From Dehalococcoidia bacterium (GTDB lineage Bacteria; Chloroflexota; Dehalococcoidia; UBA2979), in contig OZ253555.1 in NCBI GenBank assembly GCA_965262725.1, forward strand, positions 576,001 to 640,000: a stretch of DNA of 64,000 nucleotides, given 5' to 3'. How positions within the stretch are numbered: the first letter of the stretch is position 1; each line of letters starts with the position of its first letter. Below, in pieces: positions 8,682 to 19,696 of the stretch. Under the pieces are notes generated by a model. The model saw only the letters and a program-made list of their open reading frames with translations. It had not been told where the DNA came from and searched no databases. The position numbers were made by a program, and so were the translations under genes.

Positions 8682-9997
8682 TGGCGGCGCCGATCGGGAT
8701 CGCGCTCCTGGGCGCCGGCACCGTCGGCGCGGGCGTGGCGCGCGCCCTCGCCGGCGGGGCGGAGCGCTACGCCGCCCGCGTCGGCCGGTCGCTGGCGCTG
8801 CGCGGCGTGCTCGTGCGGGAGCCGGGCCGCCCGCGGGAGGGCGTGCCCGCCGACCGTCTGACGGCCGACGTCGGCTCCATCCTGGCGGACGAGGGTACGC
8901 ACGTCGTCGTCGAGTTGATGGGTGGCGAGGAGCCGGCGCGCGGGCACATCGAGAACGCGCTGCGCTCCGGGCGCCACGTCGTCACCGCCAACAAGGAGGT
9001 GATGGCGAAGCACGGCCCGGCGCTACTCGCCGTCGCCGCCGAGCGCGGTGTGCGGCTGCTCTACGAGGCGGCGGTCGGCGGCGGCATCCCGATCATCAGC
9101 CCGCTCTCGCGCGACCTGCTCGCCAACGAGATCGCGGAGGTGACCGCGATCATCAACGGCACCACCAACTTCATGCTCACGGAGATGGCGCAGCGCGGCG
9201 CCGAGTACGACGACGTGCTCGCCGAGGCGCAGCGCCTGGGCTACGCCGAGGCCGATCCGGCCGCCGACGTGGACGGCGGAGACGCGGCCTACAAGCTCGC
9301 CATCCTCTGCGGGCTCGCCTTCCACGTCGTCGTCTCACCGGAGGCGGTCTCGCGGCAGGGGATTCGCGGACTCGCCGCCCGCGACTTCGCGTATGCGGAG
9401 GAGCTCGGCTACGCGATCAAGCTGCTGGCCCAGGGATCGATGGTGCCCGGGCGGGAGGGCGAGGAGCTGATCGCGACCGTCGCGCCCACGCTGATCGCGC
9501 GCGCCGAGCCGCTTGCGACCGTGGACGGCGTCCGGAACGCGGTTCAGGTCGAGGGGGACCTCGTCGGGCGCGTGCTCTTCGAGGGCGCCGGTGCCGGCGC
9601 ACGACCGACGGCGAGCGCGGTGCTCGCCGACGTGCTCGACGCGGCGCGCGACGTGGCGACCGGGCGTCTCCCCCCGGAGGCGCCGCCGTTCGCGGTCGCG
9701 AGGGTGCGTCCCCCGGAGCAGGTGGTCGCGCGCCACTACCTCAGGCTCACCGTCGCCGACCACGCGGGCGTGCTCGCGGGGATCGCCGGTATGTTCGGGC
9801 GGCACGAGATCAGCCTGGCGTCGGTGATCCAGGTGGAGTCGGACCTCAGGGCGCGCACCGCCGAGCTCGTCATCACGACGCACCCGGCGGTCACCGGGCG
9901 GCTGCGGGCGGCGCTTCAGGACATCGCCTCGCTCGACGACGACGTGCTGGAGGTGGGGAGCGTGCTGCCGATCTACGGGGACGGGGGCGACCGGTGA
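8681..9997 (+). CDS. hom: Homoserine dehydrogenase with C-terminal ACT domain
   Basis: LLGAGTVG, HVVTANK, YEAAVGGGIP, INGTTNF, GYAEADP, GAGA.PTASAV. Confidence 0.97.
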   Translation: MAAPIGIALLGAGTVGAGVARALAGGAERYAARVGRSLALRGVLVREPGRPREGVPADRLTADVGSILADEGTHVVVELMGGEEPARGHIENALRSGRHVVTANKEVMAKHGPALLAVAAERGVRLLYEAAVGGGIPIISPLSRDLLANEIAEVTAIINGTTNFMLTEMAQRGAEYDDVLAEAQRLGYAEADPAADVDGGDAAYKLAILCGLAFHVVVSPEAVSRQGIRGLAARDFAYAEELGYAIKLLAQGSMVPGREGEELIATVAPTLIARAEPLATVDGVRNAVQVEGDLVGRVLFEGAGAGARPTASAVLADVLDAARDVATGRLPPEAPPFAVARVRPPEQVVARHYLRLTVADHAGVLAGIAGMFGRHEISLASVIQVESDLRARTAELVITTHPAVTGRLRAALQDIASLDDDVLEVGSVLPIYGDGGDR

Positions 9998-11094
9998 TGC
10001 CGGGCGGAGCGGGCACGTCGCCGCCCGGCGCGTCCGACGGCGCCCGATCGACGCGAGCCGGCGAGCAGATGGAGGCCGCCCGCCAGCTCGTCGCCGAGCA
10101 CGCGGAGGTCGTCCGCCAGCTCCACGCCGAGCACGCGCGGATCCTGCAGATACTGCGCGAGGAGCTCGACAGGCAGCGCGGCGAGCTCGACGGCGCGCAG
10201 CAGCAGATCCAGGTTCTCTCCGGCCGCACCGGGCGCCACGAGGCTGGCCAGCAGCTCGCGCGCGACGCCACCCGTGAGCTGGAGGCGCTGCGCGAGCGCA
10301 TGGAGACCGAGTCGGCGCAGCGCCGCGAACTCGCGCAGCGGATCCTCCTCTTCATCGAGCGCGAGAGAGCCAGCGCGGCCGAGCGTGAGTCGGCGCAGCA
10401 CGGGCTGATCGACCGCACGCGGGCGCTGGAGGAGAAGACCCAGATCGAGGGCGATCAGGTGCGTCGCCTGCTGGACGATGCGGCGACGCGGGGGGCCGCC
10501 GACGCCGGGATCGCGCAGCGGCTCGTCGGCGCCGAGAGCGTCGCCGCCGCGGAGCGCGATGCGACGCACCGCGCCGCCGCGCAGGTCGCCAGCCTCGTCT
10601 CTGCGGCCGGCACCCTGCGCGGTGCCGTCGACGACGTGGTGACCCGTCTCGGCGTGATCGCGGCCGAGCAGCGCCAGCTCGGCGAGGAGGTGGGATCGCT
10701 GCGCGCCTCCCGCCGGGAGGATTCGGATCTGCTTGACGTGATCGAGCAGCAGCGCACGCACCGCCACCGGCTCGAGGCCCGCCTCGCCGAGTTCGAGGAT
10801 CGCCTGGTCGAGCAGAGCTCCCGATTCGATGCCCAGCAGCAGGACGTCGCGCTCGCGCGCGCCGAGGTGGCCGGCGTCGCCGAGCGACTGGGAGCACTCA
10901 CCGACCTCCTGGAGGGTCAGCGCGAGGCGGTGCTGGAGCACGTACGCCAGAGCGCGCTCGCGCAGCAGGAGGCGGCCCGCCGCCACTCCGCCGAGCTCGA
11001 CCGTGACGTGCGCGTGGCGAAGGAGCTGCTCGCACGGTTCGCCGAGGCCCCGGACCGGGCCGCGGAGGAGCAGGCGGAGGAGGATCCCCGGTGA
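9997..11094 (+). CDS. Uncharacterised long coiled-coil protein
   Basis: TGATG and GTGA overlaps with hom and thrC; E/Q/R/L-rich heptads, host-like codon usage (alternative ATG at 10069). Confidence 0.8.
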   Translation: MPGGAGTSPPGASDGARSTRAGEQMEAARQLVAEHAEVVRQLHAEHARILQILREELDRQRGELDGAQQQIQVLSGRTGRHEAGQQLARDATRELEALRERMETESAQRRELAQRILLFIERERASAAERESAQHGLIDRTRALEEKTQIEGDQVRRLLDDAATRGAADAGIAQRLVGAESVAAAERDATHRAAAQVASLVSAAGTLRGAVDDVVTRLGVIAAEQRQLGEEVGSLRASRREDSDLLDVIEQQRTHRHRLEARLAEFEDRLVEQSSRFDAQQQDVALARAEVAGVAERLGALTDLLEGQREAVLEHVRQSALAQQEAARRHSAELDRDVRVAKELLARFAEAPDRAAEEQAEEDPR

Positions 11095-12179
11095 GGGTGC
11101 AGCCCGGCGCGCGCGGGGAGGCGGCGTCTGCGCGCTTCATCATGGAGCGCTACGGGGACCTGCTTCCTCTCACCGACCGGACGCCGATGGTCACGCTGGG
11201 GGAGGGGGGGACGCCGCTCGTCCGCTCGCGCGTGCTCGAGGGGGAGCTCGGCCTGGGCGAACTCTGGTTCAAGCTCGAATCGACGAACCCCACCGGCTCG
11301 TTCAAGGACCGCGGCATGGTGCTGGCCGTCGCCAAGGCGGTCGAGGAGGGCGCCCGGGCGGTGCTCTGCGCCTCGACCGGGAACACCTCCGCCTCCGCGG
11401 CCGCCTACGCTGCCCGCCACGGGCTCCGCGCCTACGTCCTGGTGCCGGGGGGTCACGTCGCGATGGGGAAGCTGGCGCAGGCGGTGGCGCACGGCGCCGA
11501 GGTGGTCGCAGTCGACGGATCCTTCGACCGCTGCCTGGAGATCGCGCGTCAGCTCGCGGAGCGCGAGTCGGTGGCGCTCGTGAACTCCGTGAATCCGCAC
11601 CGGATCGCCGGACAGAAGACGGCCGCCTTCGAGATCGCCGACGAACTCGGTGACGCCCCCGACCTGCTCGCGATCCCCGTCGGGAACGCGGGCAACATCA
11701 CGGCCTACTGGGGGGGCTTCGTCGAGTACCGTCATCACGAGCGATCGATGCGGGTGCCGCGCATGTGGGGCTTCCAGGCGGAGGGGGCGGCGCCCCTGGT
11801 TCGGGGGGCGCCGGTCGAGCATCCGGAGACCGTGGCCACCGCCATCCGCATCGGAAACCCGGCGTCGTGGCGGGGTGCGATCGCCGCGCGCGACGATTCG
11901 GCCGGCCGCATCGAGGCGGTGAGCGACGAGCGGATCCTGGGCGCCTACCGGCGGCTCGCCTCGGACGAGGGCATCTTCTGCGAACCGGCGTCGGCCGCGT
12001 CGGTCGCCGGCCTCATGGCGGTGGTGGAGGCCGGCGAGAGCCTCGAGGGACTCACGGCGGTCTGCGTGATCACGGGCTCGGGACTGAAGGACCCGGAGAC
12101 CGCGCTGAGCGTGCCGGCCGTCCGCCGCGACGTGCCCGCGGACGCCGGGGCTGTGGCCCGCGCCCTCGGCTGGAGCTAG
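11091..12179 (+). CDS. thrC: Threonine synthase
   Basis: LGEGGTPL, NPTGSFKDRG, ASTGNTSAS, PVGNAGN, EPASAAS, TGSGLKD. Confidence 0.97.
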   Translation: MRVQPGARGEAASARFIMERYGDLLPLTDRTPMVTLGEGGTPLVRSRVLEGELGLGELWFKLESTNPTGSFKDRGMVLAVAKAVEEGARAVLCASTGNTSASAAAYAARHGLRAYVLVPGGHVAMGKLAQAVAHGAEVVAVDGSFDRCLEIARQLAERESVALVNSVNPHRIAGQKTAAFEIADELGDAPDLLAIPVGNAGNITAYWGGFVEYRHHERSMRVPRMWGFQAEGAAPLVRGAPVEHPETVATAIRIGNPASWRGAIAARDDSAGRIEAVSDERILGAYRRLASDEGIFCEPASAASVAGLMAVVEAGESLEGLTAVCVITGSGLKDPETALSVPAVRRDVPADAGAVARALGWS

Positions 12180-12223
12180 CTCCCCGCGCCGGCCGGGCGG
12201 CACGGTGCGGCAACGGGGGCTCG

Positions 12224-12232
12224 TGCTACGAT
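12224..12232 (+). promoter_or_regulatory. Extended -10 (TGnTACGAT) upstream of folE
   Basis: TGCTACGAT in the thrC-folE spacer. Confidence 0.45.
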
Positions 12233-12290
12233 CCGCCATCACGCCGCGCCCGGAGCATGGCGAAAGCTGCCGGCCGGAAGGACGCAGACG

Positions 12291-12893
12291 ATGACGCTGT
12301 CGCCTCCTCGCGACACCCCCGCGGCGCGAACCTTCGATGCCCCCGCCGTGGCGAGCATCCTCCGCGAGTTGCTCGTCGCCGTCGGCGAGGATCCCGATCG
12401 CCAGGGGCTGGTCGACACGCCGGGGCGGATGGCGCGCATGTACTACGAGCTCTTCGAGGGGCTCTTCCTCGACCCCGCGGAGGTGCTCTCGATCGGCTTC
12501 GAGGAGGGCCACGACGAGATGGTCATCCTGCGCGAGATCCCGTTCTACTCGATGTGCGAGCACCACCTGTTGCCCTTTCACGGGCAGGCGCACGTCGGCT
12601 ACCTTCCGGACGGCCGCATCGTCGGGCTCTCCAAGCTCGCGCGCGCCGTCGAGATCTTCGCGAAGCGTCCACAGGTGCAGGAGCGCCTCACCACGCAGAT
12701 CGCCGAGTGCATCGAGCGCGTGCTCGGCGCGCGCGGCGTCGGCGTCGTCATCGAGGCGGAGCACCTCTGCATGACGGCCCGCGGCGTCCGGAAGCCGGGG
12801 TCGCGCATGGTGACCTCGGCGATGCGCGGTGTCTTCCGGCGCGATCCGGAGAGCCGCGCGGAGTTCCTGCAGTTGATACGCGCGCAGTCGTAG
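12291..12893 (+). CDS. folE: GTP cyclohydrolase I
   Basis: [41 protein letters not shown]. Confidence 0.98.
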   Translation: MTLSPPRDTPAARTFDAPAVASILRELLVAVGEDPDRQGLVDTPGRMARMYYELFEGLFLDPAEVLSIGFEEGHDEMVILREIPFYSMCEHHLLPFHGQAHVGYLPDGRIVGLSKLARAVEIFAKRPQVQERLTTQIAECIERVLGARGVGVVIEAEHLCMTARGVRKPGSRMVTSAMRGVFRRDPESRAEFLQLIRAQS

Positions 12894-12900
12894 CCGCCCC

Positions 12901-14223
12901 GTGACGTTCTCCCTGCTCGACCGAGCGCCAGCGCCGCTGCGCCGCCGACCCGCCCTCCGCGTGGCGCCGGGCCTCCCCGCCCGCCGCGTCGCGATGCTCT
13001 CGCTGCACACCTCGCCCCTCGCCGAGCCGGGCGGCCCCGTCTCGGGCGGGATGAACGTCTACGTGCGGGAGGTCGCGACCGAGCTCGGCCGCTCCGGGAT
13101 CTTCGTCGATGTCTTCACGCGCCGCGAGCATGAGGCGACGCCGGAACTCCAGCCGATAGCGCCGGGCGCGCGCCTCGTGCAGGTCGAGGCGGGCCCGGTC
13201 GCGCCTCTGCTCCCCGCTCAGCTCAGCGGCCACGTCGATGCGTTCTCAGCGGGCGTCGCCGCCTTCGCCGAGCGCGACGGCGCCTGCTACGACGTCGTGC
13301 ACGCGCACTACTGGCTCTCGGTGCTCGCCGGCGAACGGCTCGCCGAGCGCTGGCGCGTGCCGCAGGTCGCGATGTTCCACACGCTGGGCGAGGTGAAGCG
13401 CCGCGCCCTCGCCTCGCAGCACGAGCCCCCGGTCCGGCTCGCCTCCGAGCGCCGGCTCGTGCACGCTGCCGATCGCATCGTGGCGGCGACCGAGCACGAG
13501 GTCGGGCTGCTGCGCCGCATCTACGGCGTCGCGCCCGGCCGCACGCGCGTCGTCCCCCTCGGCGTCGACCTCGAGAGCTTCCGCCCGCGCGACGCCGCGG
13601 TGGCGCGCGCCGAACTCGGTCTGTCTCAGACGTCGCGGGTGGTGCTCGCGGTCTGCCGCATCCAGCGCCTGAAGGGTCTGGACATCCTGGTGCGCGCGCT
13701 CGCGCAGCTGCTCAGGCCGGGCGGCGTGCCCGGGGTCGAGTTCCTGGTCGCGGGCGGCGTGGAGCAGGCCTCGGAGGAGGTCGGCCGGCTGCGCGCCCTC
13801 GCGGAGGAGCTGGGGGTCGGCGGTCGCCTTCGCTTCCTCGGCGCGGTTCCGCACGAGCGCCTCCCCCTTTACTACGCCGCCGCCGATGTCGTCGCCGTTC
13901 CCTCCCTCTACGAGTCGTTCGGTCTCGTGGCCGTCGAGGCGATGGCGACGGGCGTCCCGGTCGTCGCCTCGCGTGTCGGCGGGCTGACGACGACCGTCGA
14001 GGACGGGCGCACCGGCTACCTGGTCCCGTGGCACTGCCCGGAGCCCTTCGCCGAGCGCATCGAGCTTCTGCTGCGCAACGAGCCCCTCCGCCGCTCGATG
14101 GGAGAGGCGGCCGCCCGCTCGATGCACCGCTACGCCTGGGGCGCCGTCGCCTCGGAGCTCCGCGCGCTCTACGCGGAGCTGATGAGGGAGCGCGCGCGCC
14201 CGGCCGCCGCCGCCGGCTGCTGA
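12901..14223 (+). CDS. mshA: GT4 glycosyltransferase, MshA-like
   Basis: MLSLHTSPLA.PG...SGGMNVYV, HAHYWLS, FHTL, RIQRLKG, ESFGLVAVEA. Confidence 0.7.
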   Translation: MTFSLLDRAPAPLRRRPALRVAPGLPARRVAMLSLHTSPLAEPGGPVSGGMNVYVREVATELGRSGIFVDVFTRREHEATPELQPIAPGARLVQVEAGPVAPLLPAQLSGHVDAFSAGVAAFAERDGACYDVVHAHYWLSVLAGERLAERWRVPQVAMFHTLGEVKRRALASQHEPPVRLASERRLVHAADRIVAATEHEVGLLRRIYGVAPGRTRVVPLGVDLESFRPRDAAVARAELGLSQTSRVVLAVCRIQRLKGLDILVRALAQLLRPGGVPGVEFLVAGGVEQASEEVGRLRALAEELGVGGRLRFLGAVPHERLPLYYAAADVVAVPSLYESFGLVAVEAMATGVPVVASRVGGLTTTVEDGRTGYLVPWHCPEPFAERIELLLRNEPLRRSMGEAAARSMHRYAWGAVASELRALYAELMRERARPAAAAGC

Positions 14224-14227
14224 GCTG

Positions 14228-15013
14228 ATGGTCGCCCCCGCCTCGCTCGCCGACGCCCCCGACCTCTTCGCGGCGCTCGCCGCGCAGGGGCCGGCGCGCG
14301 CGATGATCGTGATGGCGCACCCCGACGACAGCGAGTTCCTCTGCGGGGGGACGGTCGCCACGCTCACCCGGCGAGCGTGGGAGGTCGACATCGTGGTGGC
14401 GACCAGCGGCAACAAGGGCACGAAGGATCCCGCGGTGACGCCGCAGCACCTCGCGGGCGTGCGCGAGGAGGAGCAGCGCAGGGCCGCGGCCATCCTCGGC
14501 GCCCGGGAGCCCGTCTTCCTCGGATTCCCCGACGGCGCGCTCCGCAACGACGATGAGCTCCGGGGCCTCGTCGTCCGGCAGCTCCGCGTGCGCCGGCCGG
14601 AACTGGTCGTGACCTGGGACGGCTTCCGCCCCGGCTTTAACCACCGCGATCACCGGCGCGTCGGCCGCGCCACCTACGACGCGATCTACCCGGCGGCCGA
14701 CGACCATCTCTACTACCCCCGCCACAAGGAGGAGGAGCTCGATCCGCACCGGCCGGCGGTGCTGCTGCTCGCCGGGAGCGACGCCCCCGATCTCCACGTG
14801 GACATCGAGCCGGTGCTCGCAACGAAGGTGAGAGCCGTGCTCGCGCACAGCTCGCAGATGGGCGGGCGCTCGCCTCAGGACCTCATGCGCCTGTGGCGGG
14901 AGCGCGCCCGCGAGCAGCGGCGCGCAGCGGCCGCGGCCGCCGACGCGGGCGCGGAGGAGGACGTCGATCCGCCCTTCCGCGAGTCCTTCCGGCGTGTGAT
15001 CCTCAGGCGCTGA
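14228..15013 (+). CDS. PIG-L/LmbE family deacetylase (MshB/BshB-like)
   Basis: AHPDD.E..GGT, R.EE...A, HRDH, K..A..AH.SQ. Confidence 0.88.
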   Translation: MVAPASLADAPDLFAALAAQGPARAMIVMAHPDDSEFLCGGTVATLTRRAWEVDIVVATSGNKGTKDPAVTPQHLAGVREEEQRRAAAILGAREPVFLGFPDGALRNDDELRGLVVRQLRVRRPELVVTWDGFRPGFNHRDHRRVGRATYDAIYPAADDHLYYPRHKEEELDPHRPAVLLLAGSDAPDLHVDIEPVLATKVRAVLAHSSQMGGRSPQDLMRLWRERAREQRRAAAAAADAGAEEDVDPPFRESFRRVILRR

Positions 15014-15108
15014 GGCACCGCCCGCGCGGCGCGAGGCGCGGGGGTGAGGGGGCGCTCCCCGGGCGGCGATGAGCGCCCCGCCCCGACCGCACGCCCGGCC
15101 CCCGCGCG

Positions 15109-15137
15109 TTGACACTGCACGGGGCGCGCCCTAGCAT
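15109..15137 (+). promoter_or_regulatory. Sigma70 promoter of the str operon
   Basis: TTGACA-N17-TAGCAT. Confidence 0.8.
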
Positions 15138-15352
15138 CGGTGGTCGCGCTCATCGCGGATGTACTGCGAGCCGGCCGTTTGGCCGTGGAGCGGCGAGGAC
15201 CGGCGACGGGCACCCCCGATGGGGCGTCGCGGCTGGCTCACCACTCCGCCACTCGGCCGTTCTTGATGCCCAAACAGCGCGGTGCGGGGGGACGGGCCGG
15301 CGGCGAACGGGTCGCTGCCGAGCCGACCGATCGGCGAGTACCTGGAGGCGCT

Positions 15353-15766
15353 GTGCCGACAATCAACCAGCTGGTGCGCAAGGGACGCACGTCCACCGTG
15401 CGCAAGATGAAGGCGCCCGCTTTGCGCTACCGCCTGAACACGCTCCGCAACCGCGTCGCCCGCGAGGGCCGCGGCTCGCCGCAGAAGCGCGGCGTCTGCA
15501 CGCAGGTGCGGACGGTCACGCCGAAGAAGCCGAACTCGGCGCTGCGCAAGGTCGCGCGCGTGCGGCTCACGAACGGCATCGAGGTGACTGCGTACATCCC
15601 CGGCGAGGGCCACACGCTGCAGGAGCACTCCGTGGTGCTGGTGCGCGGCGGACGGGTGAAGGATCTCCCGGGCGTGCGCTACCACATCATCCGCGGGGCG
15701 CTCGACTCGCAGGGCGTCAGCGACCGCAAGCGCAGCCGCAGCAAGTACGGAACGCGGAAGGCCTAG
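15353..15766 (+). CDS. rpsL: 30S ribosomal protein S12
   Basis: [11 protein letters not shown] after GGAGG; [17 protein letters not shown]. Confidence 0.99.
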   Translation: MPTINQLVRKGRTSTVRKMKAPALRYRLNTLRNRVAREGRGSPQKRGVCTQVRTVTPKKPNSALRKVARVRLTNGIEVTAYIPGEGHTLQEHSVVLVRGGRVKDLPGVRYHIIRGALDSQGVSDRKRSRSKYGTRKA

Positions 15767-15770
15767 CGAG

Positions 15771-16241
15771 GTGGCGAGGCGCAACCGCTCCCCCCAGCGT
15801 CGTGTCCCGCCCGACCCGCGCTACCAGTCCGCGCTCGTGACGCGGCTGACACACCGCATCATGCACAGCGGGAAGAAGAGCGTCGCGGAGCGCATCGTCT
15901 ACTCGGCGTTCGACACCATGGAGACGCAGACCGGCCGCCGCGGCGTCGACATCTTCGAGCAGGCGGTCCGCAACGCCAGCCCGGTCATCGAGGTCAAGCC
16001 GCGCCGCGTCGGCGGCGCGACCTATCAGGTGCCGATCGACGTCCGCCCCGAGCGCCGGCTCAGCCTCTCGCTGCGCTGGCTCGTGGACGGCGCCCGACGG
16101 CGTTCCGGGCGCTCGATGGCGGAGAAGCTCTCCGCGGAGTTGCTCGACGCCGCCAACAACGCCGGCGCGGCCGTACGACGCAAGGAAGAGGTCCACCGCA
16201 TGGCGGAGGCGAACCGCGCCTTTGTCCACTACCGCTGGTAG
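15771..16241 (+). CDS. rpsG: 30S ribosomal protein S7
   Basis: GKKS.AE, RVGGATYQVP, AEANRAF.HYRW. Confidence 0.99.
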   Translation: MARRNRSPQRRVPPDPRYQSALVTRLTHRIMHSGKKSVAERIVYSAFDTMETQTGRRGVDIFEQAVRNASPVIEVKPRRVGGATYQVPIDVRPERRLSLSLRWLVDGARRRSGRSMAEKLSAELLDAANNAGAAVRRKEEVHRMAEANRAFVHYRW

Positions 16242-16314
16242 CAGCAGCCTTCATGCCGCCCCCGCCCTATGAGGTGGGGGCGTCGGCTATGAGGCCCCGA
16301 GGAAACCACACGAG

Positions 16315-18411
16315 ATGTCCCGCACCACCCCGCTCGACCGTGTGCGCAATATCGGCATCATCGCGCATATCGACGCGGGCAAGACGACTGTGACCGAGCG
16401 CGTGCTCTTCTACACCGGGCGGACCCACCGCATCGGCGAGACGCACGAGGGCACGGCCGTCATGGACTGGATGGAGCAGGAGCGCGAGCGGGGGATCACG
16501 ATCACCTCCGCCGCCACCTCCGCCGAGTGGGCGGGTCACCAGGTCAACATCATCGACACCCCGGGTCACGTCGACTTCACCGTGGAGGTCGAGCGCTCGC
16601 TGCGCGTGCTCGACGGCGGCGTGGTTGTCTTCGACGGCGTCGCGGGCGTGGAGCCGCAGTCGGAGACGGTGTGGCGCCAGGCGGACCGCTACGGCGTGCC
16701 GCGCATCTGCTTCGTGAACAAGATGGATCGCGTCGGGGCCGACTTCGAGAACTGCGTGCAGATGATCATCGACCGCTTGGCGGCGACGCCCGTTCCGCTG
16801 CAGATCCCTTGGGGCCTCGAGGGCGATCACCGGGGCGTCATCGACCTCATCGAGATGGTCGCCTACGGCTTCGGCGGCGAGCGCGGTACCGACGTGGCGA
16901 CGGAGCCGATCCCGCCGGAGTATCGCGCCCGAGCCGAGGCCGCCCGCGAGGCGATGATCGAGCGCATCGCCGAGAACGACGACCAGCTCATGGTCTCCTT
17001 CTTGGAGGGGCACGAGATCGGGCTCATCGAGCTCCGCAAGGCGATCCGGCGCGCCACGGTGTCCACCGCGATCGCGCCGGTGCTCTGCGGCGCCGCGCTC
17101 CGCGACAAGGGCGTGCAGCCCCTGCTCGACGCCGTGATTGACTTCCTGCCGTCGCCGCTCGACGTGCCGCCGGTGACGGCCCGCCGACTCGACGACCCGG
17201 AGCAGATGGAGGAGCGGCCGCCCGACCCGGGCGAGGCACTCACGGCGCTCGCCTTCAAGGTGGTCTCCGATCCCTTCGTCGGCCGGCTCGTCTTCTTCCG
17301 CGTCTACTCGGGCGTGGTGCGCTCGGGCGATCAGGTGCTGAACAGCACGCGCAACAGGCGCGAGCGCTTCGGCCGCATCATGAAGATGCACGCGAACTCG
17401 CGCGAGGAGGTCACCGAGGTCTACCCCGGCGACATCGCCGCCGCCATCGGCCTCAAGGACACTTTCACGGGGGACACGATCTGCGACCGCGAGCGGCCGA
17501 TGCTGCTCGAGGCGATCCGCTTCCCGGAGCCGGTGATCTCCGTGGCCATTGAGCCGAAGACGCGCGATGACCAGCAGCGGATGGGGAACGCGCTGCAGCG
17601 ACTCACCGAGGAGGATCCGACCTTCCGGGTGCGGCTCGACGAGGAGACCGGGCAGACCGTGATCTCCGGAATGGGCGAGCTCCACCTCGAGGTGATCGTC
17701 GACCGCATGCGGCGCGAGTACAAGGTGGGCGCGAGCGTCGGGCGCCCGCAGGTCGCCTACCGCGAGACGATCAGCCGCCCCGCCGTTGCCGAGGGCCGCT
17801 TCGTGCGCCAGACCGGCGGCCGCGGGCAGTACGGCGTCTGCACGCTGGAGGTCACGCCGGCGGAGGCCGGCTCGGGCTTCCGTTTCGAGGATCGCATCGT
17901 GGGCGGCTCCATCCCCCGGGAGTACATTCCGGCGGTTCGCCGCGGCGTGGAGAATGCCCTGACCTCGGGGCCGAAGGCGGGCTACCCCGTGGTGGACGTC
18001 CACGTCGCGCTCACCGACGGTGCCTACCACGCGGTCGACTCCTCGGAGATGGCGTTCGAGACGGCGGGCTCCATCGGCCTGCGCCTCGCCCTGCAGAAGG
18101 GCGCGCCGATACTGCTTGAGCCGGTGATGCGACTCGACGTCGTGACGCCGGAGGAGCACCTCGGGGACGTGATGGGCGACATCACCGGCCGGCGCGGCGC
18201 CGTGCAGGGGGCGGAGGCGCGCGCCAACACGCAGACCGTGCAGACGATCGTGCCGCTCGCGGAGACCTTCGGGTACTCGACGGATCTGCGATCGATGACA
18301 CAGGGACGGGCGACGTACTCGATGCAGTTCGATCACTACGAGCGGGTGCCGGAGCGGGTGGCCGGGGAGATCGGCGGCCGTGCGCCGAGCAGGGCTCGTC
18401 GTGCGGGGTAG
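16315..18411 (+). CDS. fusA: Elongation factor G
   Basis: [40 protein letters not shown]. Confidence 0.99.
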   Translation: MSRTTPLDRVRNIGIIAHIDAGKTTVTERVLFYTGRTHRIGETHEGTAVMDWMEQERERGITITSAATSAEWAGHQVNIIDTPGHVDFTVEVERSLRVLDGGVVVFDGVAGVEPQSETVWRQADRYGVPRICFVNKMDRVGADFENCVQMIIDRLAATPVPLQIPWGLEGDHRGVIDLIEMVAYGFGGERGTDVATEPIPPEYRARAEAAREAMIERIAENDDQLMVSFLEGHEIGLIELRKAIRRATVSTAIAPVLCGAALRDKGVQPLLDAVIDFLPSPLDVPPVTARRLDDPEQMEERPPDPGEALTALAFKVVSDPFVGRLVFFRVYSGVVRSGDQVLNSTRNRRERFGRIMKMHANSREEVTEVYPGDIAAAIGLKDTFTGDTICDRERPMLLEAIRFPEPVISVAIEPKTRDDQQRMGNALQRLTEEDPTFRVRLDEETGQTVISGMGELHLEVIVDRMRREYKVGASVGRPQVAYRETISRPAVAEGRFVRQTGGRGQYGVCTLEVTPAEAGSGFRFEDRIVGGSIPREYIPAVRRGVENALTSGPKAGYPVVDVHVALTDGAYHAVDSSEMAFETAGSIGLRLALQKGAPILLEPVMRLDVVTPEEHLGDVMGDITGRRGAVQGAEARANTQTVQTIVPLAETFGYSTDLRSMTQGRATYSMQFDHYERVPERVAGEIGGRAPSRARRAG

Positions 18412-18445
18412 CGGGTCTGCGGGAGCGGACGAGGGAGCGTAGGGA

Positions 18446-19645
18446 ATGGCGAAGGACAGGTTTGCGCGAACGAAGCCGCACGCGAACGTGGGGACTATTG
18501 GTCACGTCGACCACGGGAAGACGACGCTGACGGCGGCGATCACGAAGGTGCTGTCGATGCGCGGGGATGCGGAGTTCCGTCCGTTCGACTCGATCGACAA
18601 CGCGCCGGAGGAACGTAAGCGGGGGATCACGATTGCTATTCAGCACGTGGAGTACGAGACGGAGAGCCGTCACTACGCGCACGTGGACTGTCCGGGGCAC
18701 GCGGACTACATCAAGAACATGATCACGGGTGCGGCGCAGATGGACGGGGCGATTCTGGTGGTGGCGGCGCCGGACGGGCCGATGCCGCAGACGCGGGAGC
18801 ACCTGTTGCTGGCGCGGCAGGTGCAGGTGCCGTCGGTGGTGGTGTTTCTGAACAAGGTCGACATGATGGAGGACGAGGAGCTTCTGGAGCTGGTGGAGCT
18901 GGAGCTTCGGGATCTGTTGTCGGACAACGAGTTTCCTGGTGACGACGTGCCGATCATTCGAGGGTCGGCGCTGGCGGCGCTGGAGTCGGAGTCGACGGAC
19001 GTGGGTGCGACGGAGTACGCGCCGATTCTGGAGCTGATGTCGTCGGTGGACGAGTACATACCGCAGCCGGACCGACCGAAGGACCAGCCGTTCTTGATGC
19101 CGATCGAGGACGTGTTCGGGATCAAGGGTCGTGGGACGGTGGTAACGGGTCGAATCGAGCGCGGCGTGGTGAACGTGGGGGACGAGATCGAGATCGTGGG
19201 GATCCGTCCGACGCGGAAGACGACGGTGACCGGAGTGGAGATGTTCAAGAAGCTTCTTGACTCCGGGGAGGCCGGGGACAACGTGGGGGCGCTACTGCGG
19301 GGGATCGAGCGAACGGACGTGGAGCGCGGGCAGGTGCTGGCGGCGCCTGGGTCGATCACGCCGCACACGCGGTTTGCGGGCGAGGTGTACATCCTGTCGA
19401 AGGAGGAGGGGGGACGGCACACGCCGTTCTTCAGCGGGTACCGGCCGCAGTTTTACGTGCGGACGACGGACGTGACGGGAGTGGTGACGTTGCCCGAGGG
19501 GACCGAGATGGTCATGCCCGGGGATAACGTGGCGTTGAACGTGGAGCTGATCACGCCGGTGGCGGTGGAGCAGGGTCTGCGGTTTGCGATTCGGGAGGGC
19601 GGCCGCACGGTGGGTGCGGGCGTGGTGACGCAGATCATCGAGTAG
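18446..19645 (+). CDS. tuf: Elongation factor Tu
   Basis: [31 protein letters not shown]. Confidence 0.99.
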   Translation: MAKDRFARTKPHANVGTIGHVDHGKTTLTAAITKVLSMRGDAEFRPFDSIDNAPEERKRGITIAIQHVEYETESRHYAHVDCPGHADYIKNMITGAAQMDGAILVVAAPDGPMPQTREHLLLARQVQVPSVVVFLNKVDMMEDEELLELVELELRDLLSDNEFPGDDVPIIRGSALAALESESTDVGATEYAPILELMSSVDEYIPQPDRPKDQPFLMPIEDVFGIKGRGTVVTGRIERGVVNVGDEIEIVGIRPTRKTTVTGVEMFKKLLDSGEAGDNVGALLRGIERTDVERGQVLAAPGSITPHTRFAGEVYILSKEEGGRHTPFFSGYRPQFYVRTTDVTGVVTLPEGTEMVMPGDNVALNVELITPVAVEQGLRFAIREGGRTVGAGVVTQIIE

Positions 19646-19696
19646 GCGAGCCGGGGGACCGACGGGGCTTTCGGGAGCAGGGCCGAGGGGGAGAGC

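Noticed and set aside
8401-9996. N-terminal part of the 897-aa ORF, and other long Arg/Pro-rich or antisense ORFs (e.g. 16267-18336, 20687-23197, 47601-49481)
   Set aside because: They overlap well-supported genes and are expected from stop-codon scarcity at high GC
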